Virus record (IMG/VR): IMGVR_UViG_3300047157_000170
DNA length: 64,000 nt
Strand: one strand, 5' to 3'
DNA from: an uncultured virus (IMG/VR IMGVR_UViG_3300047157_000170)
Lineage: Duplodnaviria; Heunggongvirae; Uroviricota; Caudoviricetes
Within the stretch, counting starts at the first letter, position 1. Each line of letters starts with the position of its first letter. Both the position numbers and the translations under genes were made by a program. Positions 39,919 to 50,595 of this stretch are shown here, piece by piece. Under the pieces are notes generated by a model. It was not told the origin of the DNA. It searched no databases and saw only the letters and a program-made list of their open reading frames with translations.

Positions 39919-42403
39919 TAACAATGATACACTAGAAGTCTTAAGAACTTCCTATAACGACCTTGTAGATGAGGTTGGTGGATTAGGTACACTTAGAACA
40001 AGTCAAAAGGGTTCATTAGTAGATGCAGTCAATAGTATTATTGACCAGTATTTCTTTTTCCAAGATTTTGAGTTTGATGGTTCAGATGGTGCTAGTTCAA
40101 ATAGAACATTTAGTGGTACAGACAACTTAGGAGAAACTCTTAAATATTCAACTAATAGAGTTTTAGTATTTAAGAATGGTTTACTACTTAGAAATGGTAC
40201 AGACTATTCTGCAACAAATGGTACAAGTATTACTCTTGTTGCTTCTGCAGCTAACTCAGATGTTATAAGAATTACATCCTTTACAGGTTCATACGAAGGT
40301 GTTGCTGGTGCAACACAACAAGCAACAACACAATGGACTAAAACTGGTGGTGGTGCTATATACAACCATGATACTAGTGGTGGTGTTGTTATAAATGCAG
40401 ATGATACTGGTGTTGTTACAACTCCCGCTGCTGGATATGGAATTCAATTAGAATCAGATGGTGATGATATCTATTTAAATGTTGGTGGAACTTCAAACGA
40501 AGTTTACATCAATGGTAATTTAGATTTAGTCTCTGGTTCACAGATTAAAATTAATGGTTCTCAAATTACTGCAGCTGATTTATCTGGATTTACTTCAAGT
40601 GTCAGAACACAACTTAGTGCAGCTGGAGATATATCATATAATAGTTCAACTGGTGTAATTTCATTCAGTCAAGCAGGAGCTCCAGTAACAAGTGTATTTG
40701 GTAGAACAGGTGCAGTCACATTAACAACAGCAGATGTTACAGGAGTTGTTAATACCTCAAACTTAACAGAAAATACAAATTTATTTTATACAAACGAAAG
40801 AGTAGACGATAGAGTAAATGCATTAATCCAAGCTGGTACTAACATAACAACATCATATGATGATGCAGCTGGTACTTTAACAATTAATACATCTGGTAAA
40901 ACTCAAGAAGAGATTGAAGACATTGTTGGTGCAATGTTCTCTGGTAATACCGAAAGTGGTCTTAGTGTAGTATATCAAGACTCAGATGGTACTATGGATT
41001 TAGATGTAGATGACTTCTCAATTACTTTGACAGGAGATGTCACAGGAACAGGAACAGTCACAAACCTAGGTAATGTATCTTTTGCAACTACAGTTGCAGC
41101 TAACTCAGTTGCACTTGGAACAGACACAACAGGAAACTATGTTGGTACATTAGTAGCAGGAACTGCTTTAACATCAACTGGTGCAACTTCTGGTGAAGGT
41201 ATTGCACATACTATAAATCTAGACAACACTGCTGTAACAGCAGATACATATGGTTCTGCAAGTGCAATCCCAACATTCACAGTTGATGCACAGGGAAGAT
41301 TAACTGCAGCTAGTGAAGTATCAGTAGACACATATTCTGGATTTGAATTTGGTACAGCTTCAAATGATAAAGGACATGTTGCAGAAACAGAAAATGTTTT
41401 TATTACTGCAGCTGGAGCTTTAAATGCTTCACATTCAGAGTCAAGTGGAACACATACATTAGCACTTTCAGTAGACGATGCATCTACAACTGCAAAGGGT
41501 GTTGCCTCATTTAATGCAGTAGACTTCTCAGTAACAAGTGGTGCAGTAAGTCTAGTCCATGAACATATCGAAGATATAGTTGGTGGAATGTTATCTGGTG
41601 GTGGTGCAACTTCTGTATCATACAATGATGCAACAGGTTCAGTAACAATTAGTTCAACCGATACTAATACTGATACTAATACACAAAGAAGTGATGAAGA
41701 GATTAGAGATGTTGTTGGTGCAATGATATCTGGTTCTGGTGCAACATCTGTAACATACAATGATTCAGCTAACACTTTAGTTATTAGTTCAACTGATACT
41801 GATACCAATACTAACACTACTAACTTTAACATTAATGCAAATGGAGCTGCAAACGAAAACATATCTGCTGGTGAAACAATAAGATTTAATGGTGGTGGTG
41901 CAACTTCTGTATCTAGAAGTGGAAACACAATTACTATAACTTCAACCGATACTGATACCAATACCAATACGACTTATAGTGCTGGTACAGGTATATCATT
42001 ATCTGGAACTACATTCTCTATTGGTCAAGCAGTTGCAACAAACTCTACAGTGACTTTTGGAGAAGTTAGGTCAACTGGTGATATTACTGCATACTATAGT
42101 TCAGATTATGCATTAAAAGAAAACATAAATCCAATATCAAATGCACTAGACAAAGTAAGTCAACTAGGTGGTTATAATTTTGATTGGAAAGACAGTCATC
42201 TTGAATCAAGAGGTGGTGTTGATGATATGTTTGTCAAGAAATCCGATGTAGGTATTATTGCTCAAGAAGTCCAAAAAGTACTTCCAGAAGCAGTTGGTAA
42301 AAGAGAAGATGGTACATTGGGTGTAAGATATGAATTACTAGTACCATTACTCGTAGAATCTATCAAAGAACTCAAAGAAGAAATCCAAAGTTTAAAGTCT
42401 TAA
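39902..42403 (+). CDS. Tail fibre with C-terminal intramolecular chaperone (peptidase S74-like)
   Basis: T/G/S-rich repeats; GDITAYYSSD..LKENI.PI.NAL.KV..L.G..FDW...GIIAQEV..VLPEAV...V.YE.LVPLL.E.IKEL. Confidence 0.88.
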   Translation: MAKNVNNNDTLEVLRTSYNDLVDEVGGLGTLRTSQKGSLVDAVNSIIDQYFFFQDFEFDGSDGASSNRTFSGTDNLGETLKYSTNRVLVFKNGLLLRNGTDYSATNGTSITLVASAANSDVIRITSFTGSYEGVAGATQQATTQWTKTGGGAIYNHDTSGGVVINADDTGVVTTPAAGYGIQLESDGDDIYLNVGGTSNEVYINGNLDLVSGSQIKINGSQITAADLSGFTSSVRTQLSAAGDISYNSSTGVISFSQAGAPVTSVFGRTGAVTLTTADVTGVVNTSNLTENTNLFYTNERVDDRVNALIQAGTNITTSYDDAAGTLTINTSGKTQEEIEDIVGAMFSGNTESGLSVVYQDSDGTMDLDVDDFSITLTGDVTGTGTVTNLGNVSFATTVAANSVALGTDTTGNYVGTLVAGTALTSTGATSGEGIAHTINLDNTAVTADTYGSASAIPTFTVDAQGRLTAASEVSVDTYSGFEFGTASNDKGHVAETENVFITAAGALNASHSESSGTHTLALSVDDASTTAKGVASFNAVDFSVTSGAVSLVHEHIEDIVGGMLSGGGATSVSYNDATGSVTISSTDTNTDTNTQRSDEEIRDVVGAMISGSGATSVTYNDSANTLVISSTDTDTNTNTTNFNINANGAANENISAGETIRFNGGGATSVSRSGNTITITSTDTDTNTNTTYSAGTGISLSGTTFSIGQAVATNSTVTFGEVRSTGDITAYYSSDYALKENINPISNALDKVSQLGGYNFDWKDSHLESRGGVDDMFVKKSDVGIIAQEVQKVLPEAVGKREDGTLGVRYELLVPLLVESIKELKEEIQSLKS

Positions 42404-42448
42404 ATCGTATAAATACTACTTAGATAACATCAAAAGGTAGTATTGTAT

Positions 42449-42785
42449 ATGGCAAGTATTAGTAATTTATTCGTAGACCAAGGGAGTGATTTTAATATTA
42501 CTGTCTCCTTGACTGATGCCACCGATTCGGCTTTAAATCTTGCAAGTACGACTTTTCTTGGTCAAGTAAGAAAGTCTCATGGTTCAAATACAGTCAAAGC
42601 TACATTTAATACCTCAAATGATGGAGTGGGTGGGAATTTAACTTTAAATCTCACTGATACTCAAACAGGCCGCACTAGAAAGTGGAAGATATGTGTACGA
42701 TGTCATTCAAACTGCTAGTGATGGAATAAAAACAAGATTGATAGAGGGACAGTTGATTGTAACCCCAAGTGTAAGTAGGAGTTAA
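42449..42785 (+). CDS. Virion structural protein (frameshift near 42670)
   Basis: NL.VDQGSDF...L.LT.TQT then, in a shifted frame, ALESGRYVYDV...TRLIEG...VTPSV. Confidence 0.7.
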
Positions 42786-42791
42786 TAAACA

Positions 42792-43004
42792 ATGTCAACT
42801 ATAAAAGTAAAGGTTGCAAGTCCACTTAACAAACAAGTAAAACAAGTTACTGTTGGTAAAGTAGATGCATCCTCAATTAATATGAATGATTTGGCCAATG
42901 TGGATACAACCACAGCGACCCTACAAAGTGGTACTACCCTTATATTTGATGCAAGTACAGGAAAGTTCGAAGCCGCAAACACTATTGATGGTGGAACTTA
43001 CTAA
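42792..43004 (+). CDS. Small fibre-associated protein
   Basis: DL..VD......G..L.FDA.TGKF, IDGGTY C-terminus. Confidence 0.7.
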   Translation: MSTIKVKVASPLNKQVKQVTVGKVDASSINMNDLANVDTTTATLQSGTTLIFDASTGKFEAANTIDGGTY

Positions 43005-43032
43005 TACTAAAGGATATAATTAGGAGAAAATA

Positions 43033-44484
43033 ATGTCAACAGTAATTCAGATTAAAAGAAGCACAGGTGTTTCTGCCCCTACTACATCTGACTTAAATCA
43101 AGGAGAACTAGCCTATTCAATGGATGCTTCCAATAGTGGAGCAGGTGCTATCCTTTATGTAGAGTCACAGAACAGTGGTGGAGCCGCAGTAATACAAAAA
43201 TTAGGTGGTAAATATTATACAGATATTTTAGATGGTGCAACACCAACCCCAGCAGACTTCAAAGTAGGGAATGGAAGTTCTACAGGTGGTAGTGTAAAAC
43301 TATACGAAGATACAGATAATGGTACAAACTTTGTAGCACTTAAAGCTCCAAATGCAGTAACCTCAGATACTACTTTTACATTACCAGATGGTGATGGTAC
43401 AAGTGGACAGTTCGTTAGAACAAATGGTTCTGGTCAACTAGAATTTGCAACAGTAGTTTCAAGTTTATCATTAGCTGCAGATAGTGGGTCAAACGATTCA
43501 TTCTCAACTGGTGAGACCTTAACTTTCACAGGTGGAGAAGGTATTGATACAACAGTATCAGATAATACAATTACCATAGCTGGTGAAGATGCAAGTACAT
43601 CAAATAAAGGTCTTGCATCATTTAACAGTTCACAATTTACTGTATCAAGTGGTGCAGTAAGTTTAAACAATTCTTTCTTAGTAATAGAAAGTGAAGGAAT
43701 TGGTTCAAATGATAATGATACAACGATTCCAACATCAGCTGCAGTTAAAGACTATGTAGATACAAATGTAACTGCACAGGATTTAGATACTGCTGGTGAC
43801 AGTGGAACAGGTGCAATCGATTTAGATTCACAATCATTAACCATTGCTGGAACAGCAAACGAAATTGAAACAGCTGCCAGTGGTCAAACAATTACAATAG
43901 GATTACCTAATAATGTAACTGTAGGAAATAACCTTACAGTTGATGGTAACCTAACAGTTAATGGTACACAAACTACTGTTAACAGTACTACAGTAACAGT
44001 CGATGACCCAATCTTTGTCGTGGGTGGAGATTCAGCTCCTGGCTCAGACGATAACAAAGATAGAGGTATGGAATTCAGATGGCATAATGGTTCATCTGCA
44101 AAATTAGGTTTCTTTGGATTCGATGATAGTACAGGTAAATTTACTTTTATTCCAGATGCAACTGATAACAGTGCAATAGTTTCTGGTACAAAAGGTAATT
44201 TAGATATTGGTGGATTAGACTTAGCAGGTTCAATTACAAGTGTAGATGGTTCTGCACCGACTAATGGACAGATTCTAATGGGTCATACTTCAAATGGAGA
44301 TATGCAATTAGGAACTCTTACTGCTGGAGAAGGTCTTGATGTAACCAATGGTGCTGGTAGTATAACTTTATCAGCCGAAGATGCAACTTCAAGTAATAAA
44401 GGTATTGCATCTTTTAACTCAAATGAGTTTACAGTATCGTCTGGTGCAGTTTCAATCACTGCAATAGATGGTGGTAGTTATTAA
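43033..44484 (+). CDS. Tail fibre protein
   Basis: IQIKRS....P....L..GELAY N-terminus; [11 protein letters not shown] repeats; [20 protein letters not shown] end. Confidence 0.8.
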   Translation: MSTVIQIKRSTGVSAPTTSDLNQGELAYSMDASNSGAGAILYVESQNSGGAAVIQKLGGKYYTDILDGATPTPADFKVGNGSSTGGSVKLYEDTDNGTNFVALKAPNAVTSDTTFTLPDGDGTSGQFVRTNGSGQLEFATVVSSLSLAADSGSNDSFSTGETLTFTGGEGIDTTVSDNTITIAGEDASTSNKGLASFNSSQFTVSSGAVSLNNSFLVIESEGIGSNDNDTTIPTSAAVKDYVDTNVTAQDLDTAGDSGTGAIDLDSQSLTIAGTANEIETAASGQTITIGLPNNVTVGNNLTVDGNLTVNGTQTTVNSTTVTVDDPIFVVGGDSAPGSDDNKDRGMEFRWHNGSSAKLGFFGFDDSTGKFTFIPDATDNSAIVSGTKGNLDIGGLDLAGSITSVDGSAPTNGQILMGHTSNGDMQLGTLTAGEGLDVTNGAGSITLSAEDATSSNKGIASFNSNEFTVSSGAVSITAIDGGSY

Positions 44485-44500
44485 AAATAGAGGATAAATT

Positions 44501-44908
44501 ATGAGTTACAATGGGAAAGTCTTTAATGTAGATACTAAAATTAGTGATGTAACTGTAGAACAAAGACTAATTGATTTTGAAATACCTAAAGAAGTAATGA
44601 AAGAACTTTATATTCCTATTGATGGTAAAGTTTATATAAGTGATAATGGTAATCTTACTGCTAAGTTGAAGTTAGATAACTCAGAAGGTGGTAGAGAATT
44701 ATCATTAGGACTTAGGATTAATGGTCAAGAACCCCCAATAGATTGGTGGGATTCTGGGTCGGATAACTTACAAAGAGTTATTAGAAAAGTTCCTTATGAC
44801 TGTTTAGGTTATGTAGGATTAGGTTATGCAGATGACCAGATTAGAATCAAATATACTGTAGACACTTCAACATGGAGTGCAACATTAGAAAAAATATCTG
44901 TTATATAA
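44501..44908 (+). CDS. Hypothetical protein between fibre genes
   Basis: 135 aa with GAGGA RBS. Confidence 0.65.
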   Translation: MSYNGKVFNVDTKISDVTVEQRLIDFEIPKEVMKELYIPIDGKVYISDNGNLTAKLKLDNSEGGRELSLGLRINGQEPPIDWWDSGSDNLQRVIRKVPYDCLGYVGLGYADDQIRIKYTVDTSTWSATLEKISVI

Positions 44909-44936
44909 CAGATTAAAGTATAGGGTATATACCCTA
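44896..44936. repeat. Two adjacent perfect palindromes
   Basis: ATCTGTTATATAACAGAT (44896-44913) and TAGGGTATATACCCTA (44921-44936). Confidence 0.85.
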
Positions 44937-44955
44937 ATGACAAAGTGAGTGACAT

Positions 44956-46266
44956 ATGACACAGACAGTCCAATTAAAAAGGTCTGCTACTGCTGGTGCA
45001 ATTCCAAGTACATCTGATTTATCGTTAGGTGAATTGGCATTGAACACCTATGATGGTAAGGCATACATTAAAAAAAGTGTAGGTGGAACTGAATCTATCG
45101 TTGAGGTAGGTGCAGATACTTCTACTGATATCACTGCAATGAAGCATTATCTTTATAACTGTAGTGCAAACCAAACATCTTTTTCAGGCACCGATGCAAA
45201 TGGTGATTCCTTGTCGTATACTACTGGTCAAATTGCAGTATTCCTTAATGGAGTATTCTTAGACCCAGATGATTATACTTCAACAAATGGTTCAACAATT
45301 GTATTAGATGATGGTACAAAATCTTCCGACTACTTAGAAGTAGTTGCATGGACAGCTGGAGTCACTTCTGGATTAATTACAGGTATATCAAACTATGAAT
45401 TTACTGCAACAGCAGGACAAACAGTATTAACTGGTTCAGATGAAAATAGTGTTACTCTATCATATACGCCAGGCAAAGTATTAGTATTCTTAAATGGTGT
45501 TCTTATGGACAACAGGTCTGGTGCAGATTATGTCGAAACAAGTGCAACAACAATAACTTTTAATGCTGGATTACAAGTAAATGATACAGTTATAATAAAA
45601 AGTTATACTGGTTCTGCACCATTTACAAGATTCCAATATGATGTAACTGCAGCTACTACTACACAGATAAGTGGAACAGATGCAAACAGTAGAACATTAA
45701 GTATCATTCCCAAATATACAGAAGTATTTGTGAATGGTGTCTTAGTTAAAAAAGGACAATGGAATTCTGGTAGTGGTACTCAAATTAATTTTGAAGAAGC
45801 ACTTACAGACCCAAATTATGTTATAGATGTAATTGATTATGGGTTTGTTACACCAGAAGTAAACTTGTTCTTAGATACAGTACCTTTTCTTGGTGGTAAT
45901 TTAGATACTAATGGAAAGGAAATAATTTCAAGTGGGACTGATTCAGTCGTACTTAAACCATCTACTTATGTAGATGTACAGGATGGGCCAGTGCATTTAG
46001 AAGTACTTGCATCCGACCCATCTGGAGTCACTAATCGTGCATCTTTGTATTCAAAAGATGTAAGTGGTAGTGCAGAGTTGTTTGCAAGAGATGAAGCAGG
46101 TAATGTTACCCAAATCTCTCCTCACAACAATCAAGGTGAATGGATTTACTATTCAGAAAATGTGAAAACTGGTAAAAGGTTTAAAGTTAATATGGAAAAA
46201 ATGATTCGTAAATTAGAACAAATTACAGGACAGAACTTCATCGAAATAGATGATTTACATAAATAA
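44956..46266 (+). CDS. Tail fibre / baseplate-associated protein
   Basis: VQLKRS...G.IP...L.LGELALNTYDGK; three A.QT.F.G.D.N..L.Y...VFLNG repeats; LGGNLDTNG. Confidence 0.78.
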   Translation: MTQTVQLKRSATAGAIPSTSDLSLGELALNTYDGKAYIKKSVGGTESIVEVGADTSTDITAMKHYLYNCSANQTSFSGTDANGDSLSYTTGQIAVFLNGVFLDPDDYTSTNGSTIVLDDGTKSSDYLEVVAWTAGVTSGLITGISNYEFTATAGQTVLTGSDENSVTLSYTPGKVLVFLNGVLMDNRSGADYVETSATTITFNAGLQVNDTVIIKSYTGSAPFTRFQYDVTAATTTQISGTDANSRTLSIIPKYTEVFVNGVLVKKGQWNSGSGTQINFEEALTDPNYVIDVIDYGFVTPEVNLFLDTVPFLGGNLDTNGKEIISSGTDSVVLKPSTYVDVQDGPVHLEVLASDPSGVTNRASLYSKDVSGSAELFARDEAGNVTQISPHNNQGEWIYYSENVKTGKRFKVNMEKMIRKLEQITGQNFIEIDDLHK

Positions 46267-46297
46267 CTATAAAGGATTTAATTAGGAGAACTTTAAA

Positions 46298-49200
46298 ATG
46301 CCAACAAAAGCAAGATATCTTGCAGACCTTTTAAATGCATCTGGAGAACTAGACTCCACAGGTGCAGTTGAAGCTATACAAGACCAGATTTCAACTCTGT
46401 TTGCAGCTGGTTCACATACAGGTATATCATTCAGTTATAATGACAGTAGTGCAACCTTTAGTGCAACAGTAGGAACAGAATTCATAGAAGATACAGTAGG
46501 AGCTATGTTTAGTTCTAATACTGAAACTAATATTACTGCAGCTTATGACGATAGTGATGGAACTATCGACCTTGCAGTAGAACAACAAGTTAATGGAACA
46601 AATCCATATTACTACAAAATACCAGTCACAGTGGCTAGTGGTAAATTTGTAATTGATAACGAATCACAATATATCCTTAAGTTGGCAAAGGGTGTAGTAT
46701 ATAGATTCGACCAATCAGACAATTCAAACTCAAATCATCCTTTAAGATTCTCCATAACAAGTGATGGTACACATGGTGGTGGTTCAGAACTTGCTTCTAC
46801 ACATTATGATATTTACAATAAAGTAGGAACAGCTGGTTCAGCAGGTGCATATGTAGAAATTTCATTTAAGATGGGGTCTGCAACTGCAAATAACCCAGCA
46901 TACTACTATTGTGCAAACCATAGTGGAATGGGTTCAGCTGCAATCGTAGGTACACCATCCAGTACAACATTTGTACCAGAAGGAACAAATCAATATCACA
47001 CGACTGAAAGGGTTCAAGATGTAGTTGGTGCAATGGTATCATCTAATACAGAAAGTGGTATAGCAGTGTCCTATGACGACTCAGATGGTACTCTGGACTT
47101 TAATGTGAACGACCCTACCATTTCCTTGACTGGAGATGTAACTGGTTCTGCAACAATGACAGATTTAGGAAACACATCTATATCTACAACAATCGCAGCT
47201 AATAGTGTTGCATTAGGAACAGACACAACAGGAAACTATGTTGCAACTGTAACTGGAACTACAAACGAAATTGAAGTATCTGGTTCTGGTTCAGAAACAG
47301 CTGGTGTAACAGTAGGATTACCAGACGATGTAACAGTCGCAGGTGATTTAACAGTTACAGGTGCTGGTTCAACAGGTGGTAACTTTACAGTAGGTGGAAA
47401 CCTAACTGTAAGTGGTAGTACAACTACAGTATCATCTACATCACTTTCAGTAGCAGATAGTACTGTTAAAGTTGCAAAAGATAACGCTGCTAATTCAGTA
47501 GACTTTGGTTACTATGGTCAGTATGTTGATGGTTCAACTACAAAATACGCAGGACTTTTATGGGATGCATCTGAATCAAATAAATTTAGATTATTCCATG
47601 GAAACCAAACAGAACCTACAACTGTAGTCGATACATCTGGAACAGGTCATGCAACAGGTACTTTAATTTCAAATGTTGAAGGTGCATTAACAGGTAATGC
47701 TTCAACAGCAACTGCACTTGCAAATGCAAGAACTATTGCAGTAGCTGGAGATGTAGTTGGTTCTGCATCTTTTGATGGAACTGGAAACATATCCCTTAAT
47801 ACAACAATTCAAGCTGACTCAGTTGCATTAGGAACAGATACAACAGGTAATTATGTAGGAACAGTAACAGCAGGAACAGGTCTTACTTCTACAGGTGCAA
47901 CTTCTGGTGAAGGTATTGCACATTCATTATCAGTAGACGCTGCACAAAGTGGAATAACAAGTCTTGGTACTCTTACTTCATTAACAGTAGATGATATTAC
48001 TATTAATGGTTCAACCATTACTGATGCTGGAGATTTAGACTTCGATATCGGTGGAGATATGACTGTTGATATTGATGGTGGTGACATTATCTTAAAAGAT
48101 GGTGGAACACAATTTGGTAAGTTTACCCAGATGATTGGTGGTCTTGCTATTGGTGCTGGTTCTGGTACTGATATTCCTATTTTAGTTTCATCAAACAAAA
48201 CTTTATTCTTTACAGATATTGCACTAGGTGACGATGAAAAGATTGTTCTTGGAGATGGTGCAACTGGTAACTTGCAAATATTCCATGATGGAACAGACAG
48301 TTTCCTTGATGATGTATCAGACGGCAATCTAATACTCAGAACAAATGGCACAAGTGTCAAGATGATGACTGGTTCTGAGGATATGGTTGTTGCAACCAAA
48401 GATGGCTCAGTAGATTTATACCACGATAATTCTAAAAAATTAGAAACAACTGCAAATGGTGTAACAGTAACAGGTGGTGTTACAGCAACATCATTTACAG
48501 GTGCATTAAGTGGTAATGCAACAACAGCTACAGCATTAGCAACTCCAAGAACAATTCATGGTGTATCATTTGATGGTAGTGCAAATATTGACCTTACAGA
48601 AGTAGTTCAAGATACAATAGGTGCAATGTTTAGTTCAAATACTGAAACAGGTATTACTGCATCATATGAAGATGGTGATGGAACAATAGATTTAGTAATA
48701 AACACAACTGCATCAACTATTTCAGATTTCACAGAATCAGTAGAAGATGTTGTTGGTGGAATGGTAACAACTAACACAGAAAGTGGTATTACAGTTACAT
48801 ATGATGACTCAGATGGTACTTTAGACTTTAATGTTGATGACGCAGTACTTAGTTTCACAGGAGATGTAACTGGTTCAGCAACAATGACCAACCTAGGTAA
48901 TACTTCAACTGCATTAACAATTGCAGCTGGTTCTGTAGAAAACAGTATGTTAGCAGGTTCTATTTCAAATAGTAATCTTGCAAACTCAAGTATAACAGTT
49001 GCTACATCTGGTAGTTCAACTGCAACTGCATTGGGTGGAACAATAACATTTGCTGGAACATCAAACGAAGTAGATGTATCAGAAAGTTCTGGAACAATTA
49101 CATATGGATTACCAGCCGATGTTACAGTATCAAATGACTTAACAGTTAGTGGTAACTTAGTAGTTTCTGGTACAACAACACAAACAGGTGCAATTGTATC

Positions 49201-50563
49201 AGATTCAAACTTTACAGGTTTAACAAATGCAAACACTGGAAATTCAACAGACTTTGGTTTCTATGGTAAGTATGTAGAATCAACAACAACAAAATATGCT
49301 GGTTTATTCTTTGATGCATCAACAGATAATACATTTAGATTATTTGCAGATACACAAACAGTACCTTCAACAACAGTTAATACATCTGCAACAGGATATG
49401 GAGTTGGAACTCTAGTTGCAAATATTACAGGTAATGTGAGTGGTACTTCTGGAAGTACAACAGGAAACGCTGCAACTGCAACTGCACTTGCATCGTCAAG
49501 AAACTTTACAGTAAGTGGAGATGCAACTACAGATTCATCACAATCATTTGATGGAACAGGTAATGTTGCATTACCAATTACACTTGCAAATACTGGTGTA
49601 TCAGCTGCAACTTATGGTGATGCAAATAGTGTTGCTCAAGTAGCAGTAGATTCAAAAGGTAGAATAACAAGTGCATCTAGTGTAGACATTAGTATGCCTT
49701 CATCTCAAGTATCAGACTTTGCAGAAGCAGTATCCGACACAGTAGGTGCAATGTTCAGTTCAAATACTGAAACAGGTATTACTGTAACATATCAAGATGC
49801 AGACAATACAATTGACCTAGCAGTAGGTACAGTTGCATTAGGTTCTGGAACATCTGGAAACTATGTTGACAATGTTACTGGTGGAACTGGTGTTACTGTA
49901 ACAGGTAGTGCTGGTGAAGGATGGGAGCCTGCAATTAGTATTGGACAGGCAGTATCAACAACCTCAGATGTAACCTTTGCAGATATAGCTGCAACAGATA
50001 TAACTGCTGGTGGTAATGTTGTAATTACTGGTAACCTAACAGTTAATGGTTCATCTGTAACAAACAGTTCAACAAACACAACAATTGAAGATGCATTAAT
50101 AGAACTTGGTTCTGGTAATACTGGTTCAAACAGTAATGACTTAGGTCTTATACTTGAAAGAGGTTCAACAGGTAACAATGCATTTATGGGTTGGGACGAG
50201 AGTGCAGATAAGTTTGTTATGGGAACAACTACTGCAACAGGTTCTTCAACAGGTGGTTTAACAGTAACTACTGGAACATTAGTTGCAAACATAGAAGGTA
50301 ATGTTACAGGCAATGTCTCTGGAAGTGCAGCTACAGTTACAGGTGCAGCTCAATCTGCAATTACAAGTGTTGGAACATTGAGTTCACTTGCAGTTAGTGG
50401 TAACCAAACAGTAGGTGGAACACTAGGAGTTACAGGAGCTGCAACAACAAGTTATACAACAATAGGTGCTAGTGCAAAGGCATTCAGAAATACATTTATA
50501 CATTCTTCTGCACCTAGTGGTTCAGATGGAGCAGTAGGTGATATCTGGATAACATACTCATAG
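46298..50563 (+). CDS. Long tail fibre protein
   Basis: 1421 aa; repeated D.VGAMFSSNTE.GI, SVALGTDTTGNYV and GNA.TATALA..R modules; SAPSGSDGAVGDIWI end. Confidence 0.85.
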   Translation: MPTKARYLADLLNASGELDSTGAVEAIQDQISTLFAAGSHTGISFSYNDSSATFSATVGTEFIEDTVGAMFSSNTETNITAAYDDSDGTIDLAVEQQVNGTNPYYYKIPVTVASGKFVIDNESQYILKLAKGVVYRFDQSDNSNSNHPLRFSITSDGTHGGGSELASTHYDIYNKVGTAGSAGAYVEISFKMGSATANNPAYYYCANHSGMGSAAIVGTPSSTTFVPEGTNQYHTTERVQDVVGAMVSSNTESGIAVSYDDSDGTLDFNVNDPTISLTGDVTGSATMTDLGNTSISTTIAANSVALGTDTTGNYVATVTGTTNEIEVSGSGSETAGVTVGLPDDVTVAGDLTVTGAGSTGGNFTVGGNLTVSGSTTTVSSTSLSVADSTVKVAKDNAANSVDFGYYGQYVDGSTTKYAGLLWDASESNKFRLFHGNQTEPTTVVDTSGTGHATGTLISNVEGALTGNASTATALANARTIAVAGDVVGSASFDGTGNISLNTTIQADSVALGTDTTGNYVGTVTAGTGLTSTGATSGEGIAHSLSVDAAQSGITSLGTLTSLTVDDITINGSTITDAGDLDFDIGGDMTVDIDGGDIILKDGGTQFGKFTQMIGGLAIGAGSGTDIPILVSSNKTLFFTDIALGDDEKIVLGDGATGNLQIFHDGTDSFLDDVSDGNLILRTNGTSVKMMTGSEDMVVATKDGSVDLYHDNSKKLETTANGVTVTGGVTATSFTGALSGNATTATALATPRTIHGVSFDGSANIDLTEVVQDTIGAMFSSNTETGITASYEDGDGTIDLVINTTASTISDFTESVEDVVGGMVTTNTESGITVTYDDSDGTLDFNVDDAVLSFTGDVTGSATMTNLGNTSTALTIAAGSVENSMLAGSISNSNLANSSITVATSGSSTATALGGTITFAGTSNEVDVSESSGTITYGLPADVTVSNDLTVSGNLVVSGTTTQTGAIVSDSNFTGLTNANTGNSTDFGFYGKYVESTTTKYAGLFFDASTDNTFRLFADTQTVPSTTVNTSATGYGVGTLVANITGNVSGTSGSTTGNAATATALASSRNFTVSGDATTDSSQSFDGTGNVALPITLANTGVSAATYGDANSVAQVAVDSKGRITSASSVDISMPSSQVSDFAEAVSDTVGAMFSSNTETGITVTYQDADNTIDLAVGTVALGSGTSGNYVDNVTGGTGVTVTGSAGEGWEPAISIGQAVSTTSDVTFADIAATDITAGGNVVITGNLTVNGSSVTNSSTNTTIEDALIELGSGNTGSNSNDLGLILERGSTGNNAFMGWDESADKFVMGTTTATGSSTGGLTVTTGTLVANIEGNVTGNVSGSAATVTGAAQSAITSVGTLSSLAVSGNQTVGGTLGVTGAATTSYTTIGASAKAFRNTFIHSSAPSGSDGAVGDIWITYS

Positions 50564-50595
50564 TAACCATATATAATGAATGAGGAAATTGATTA

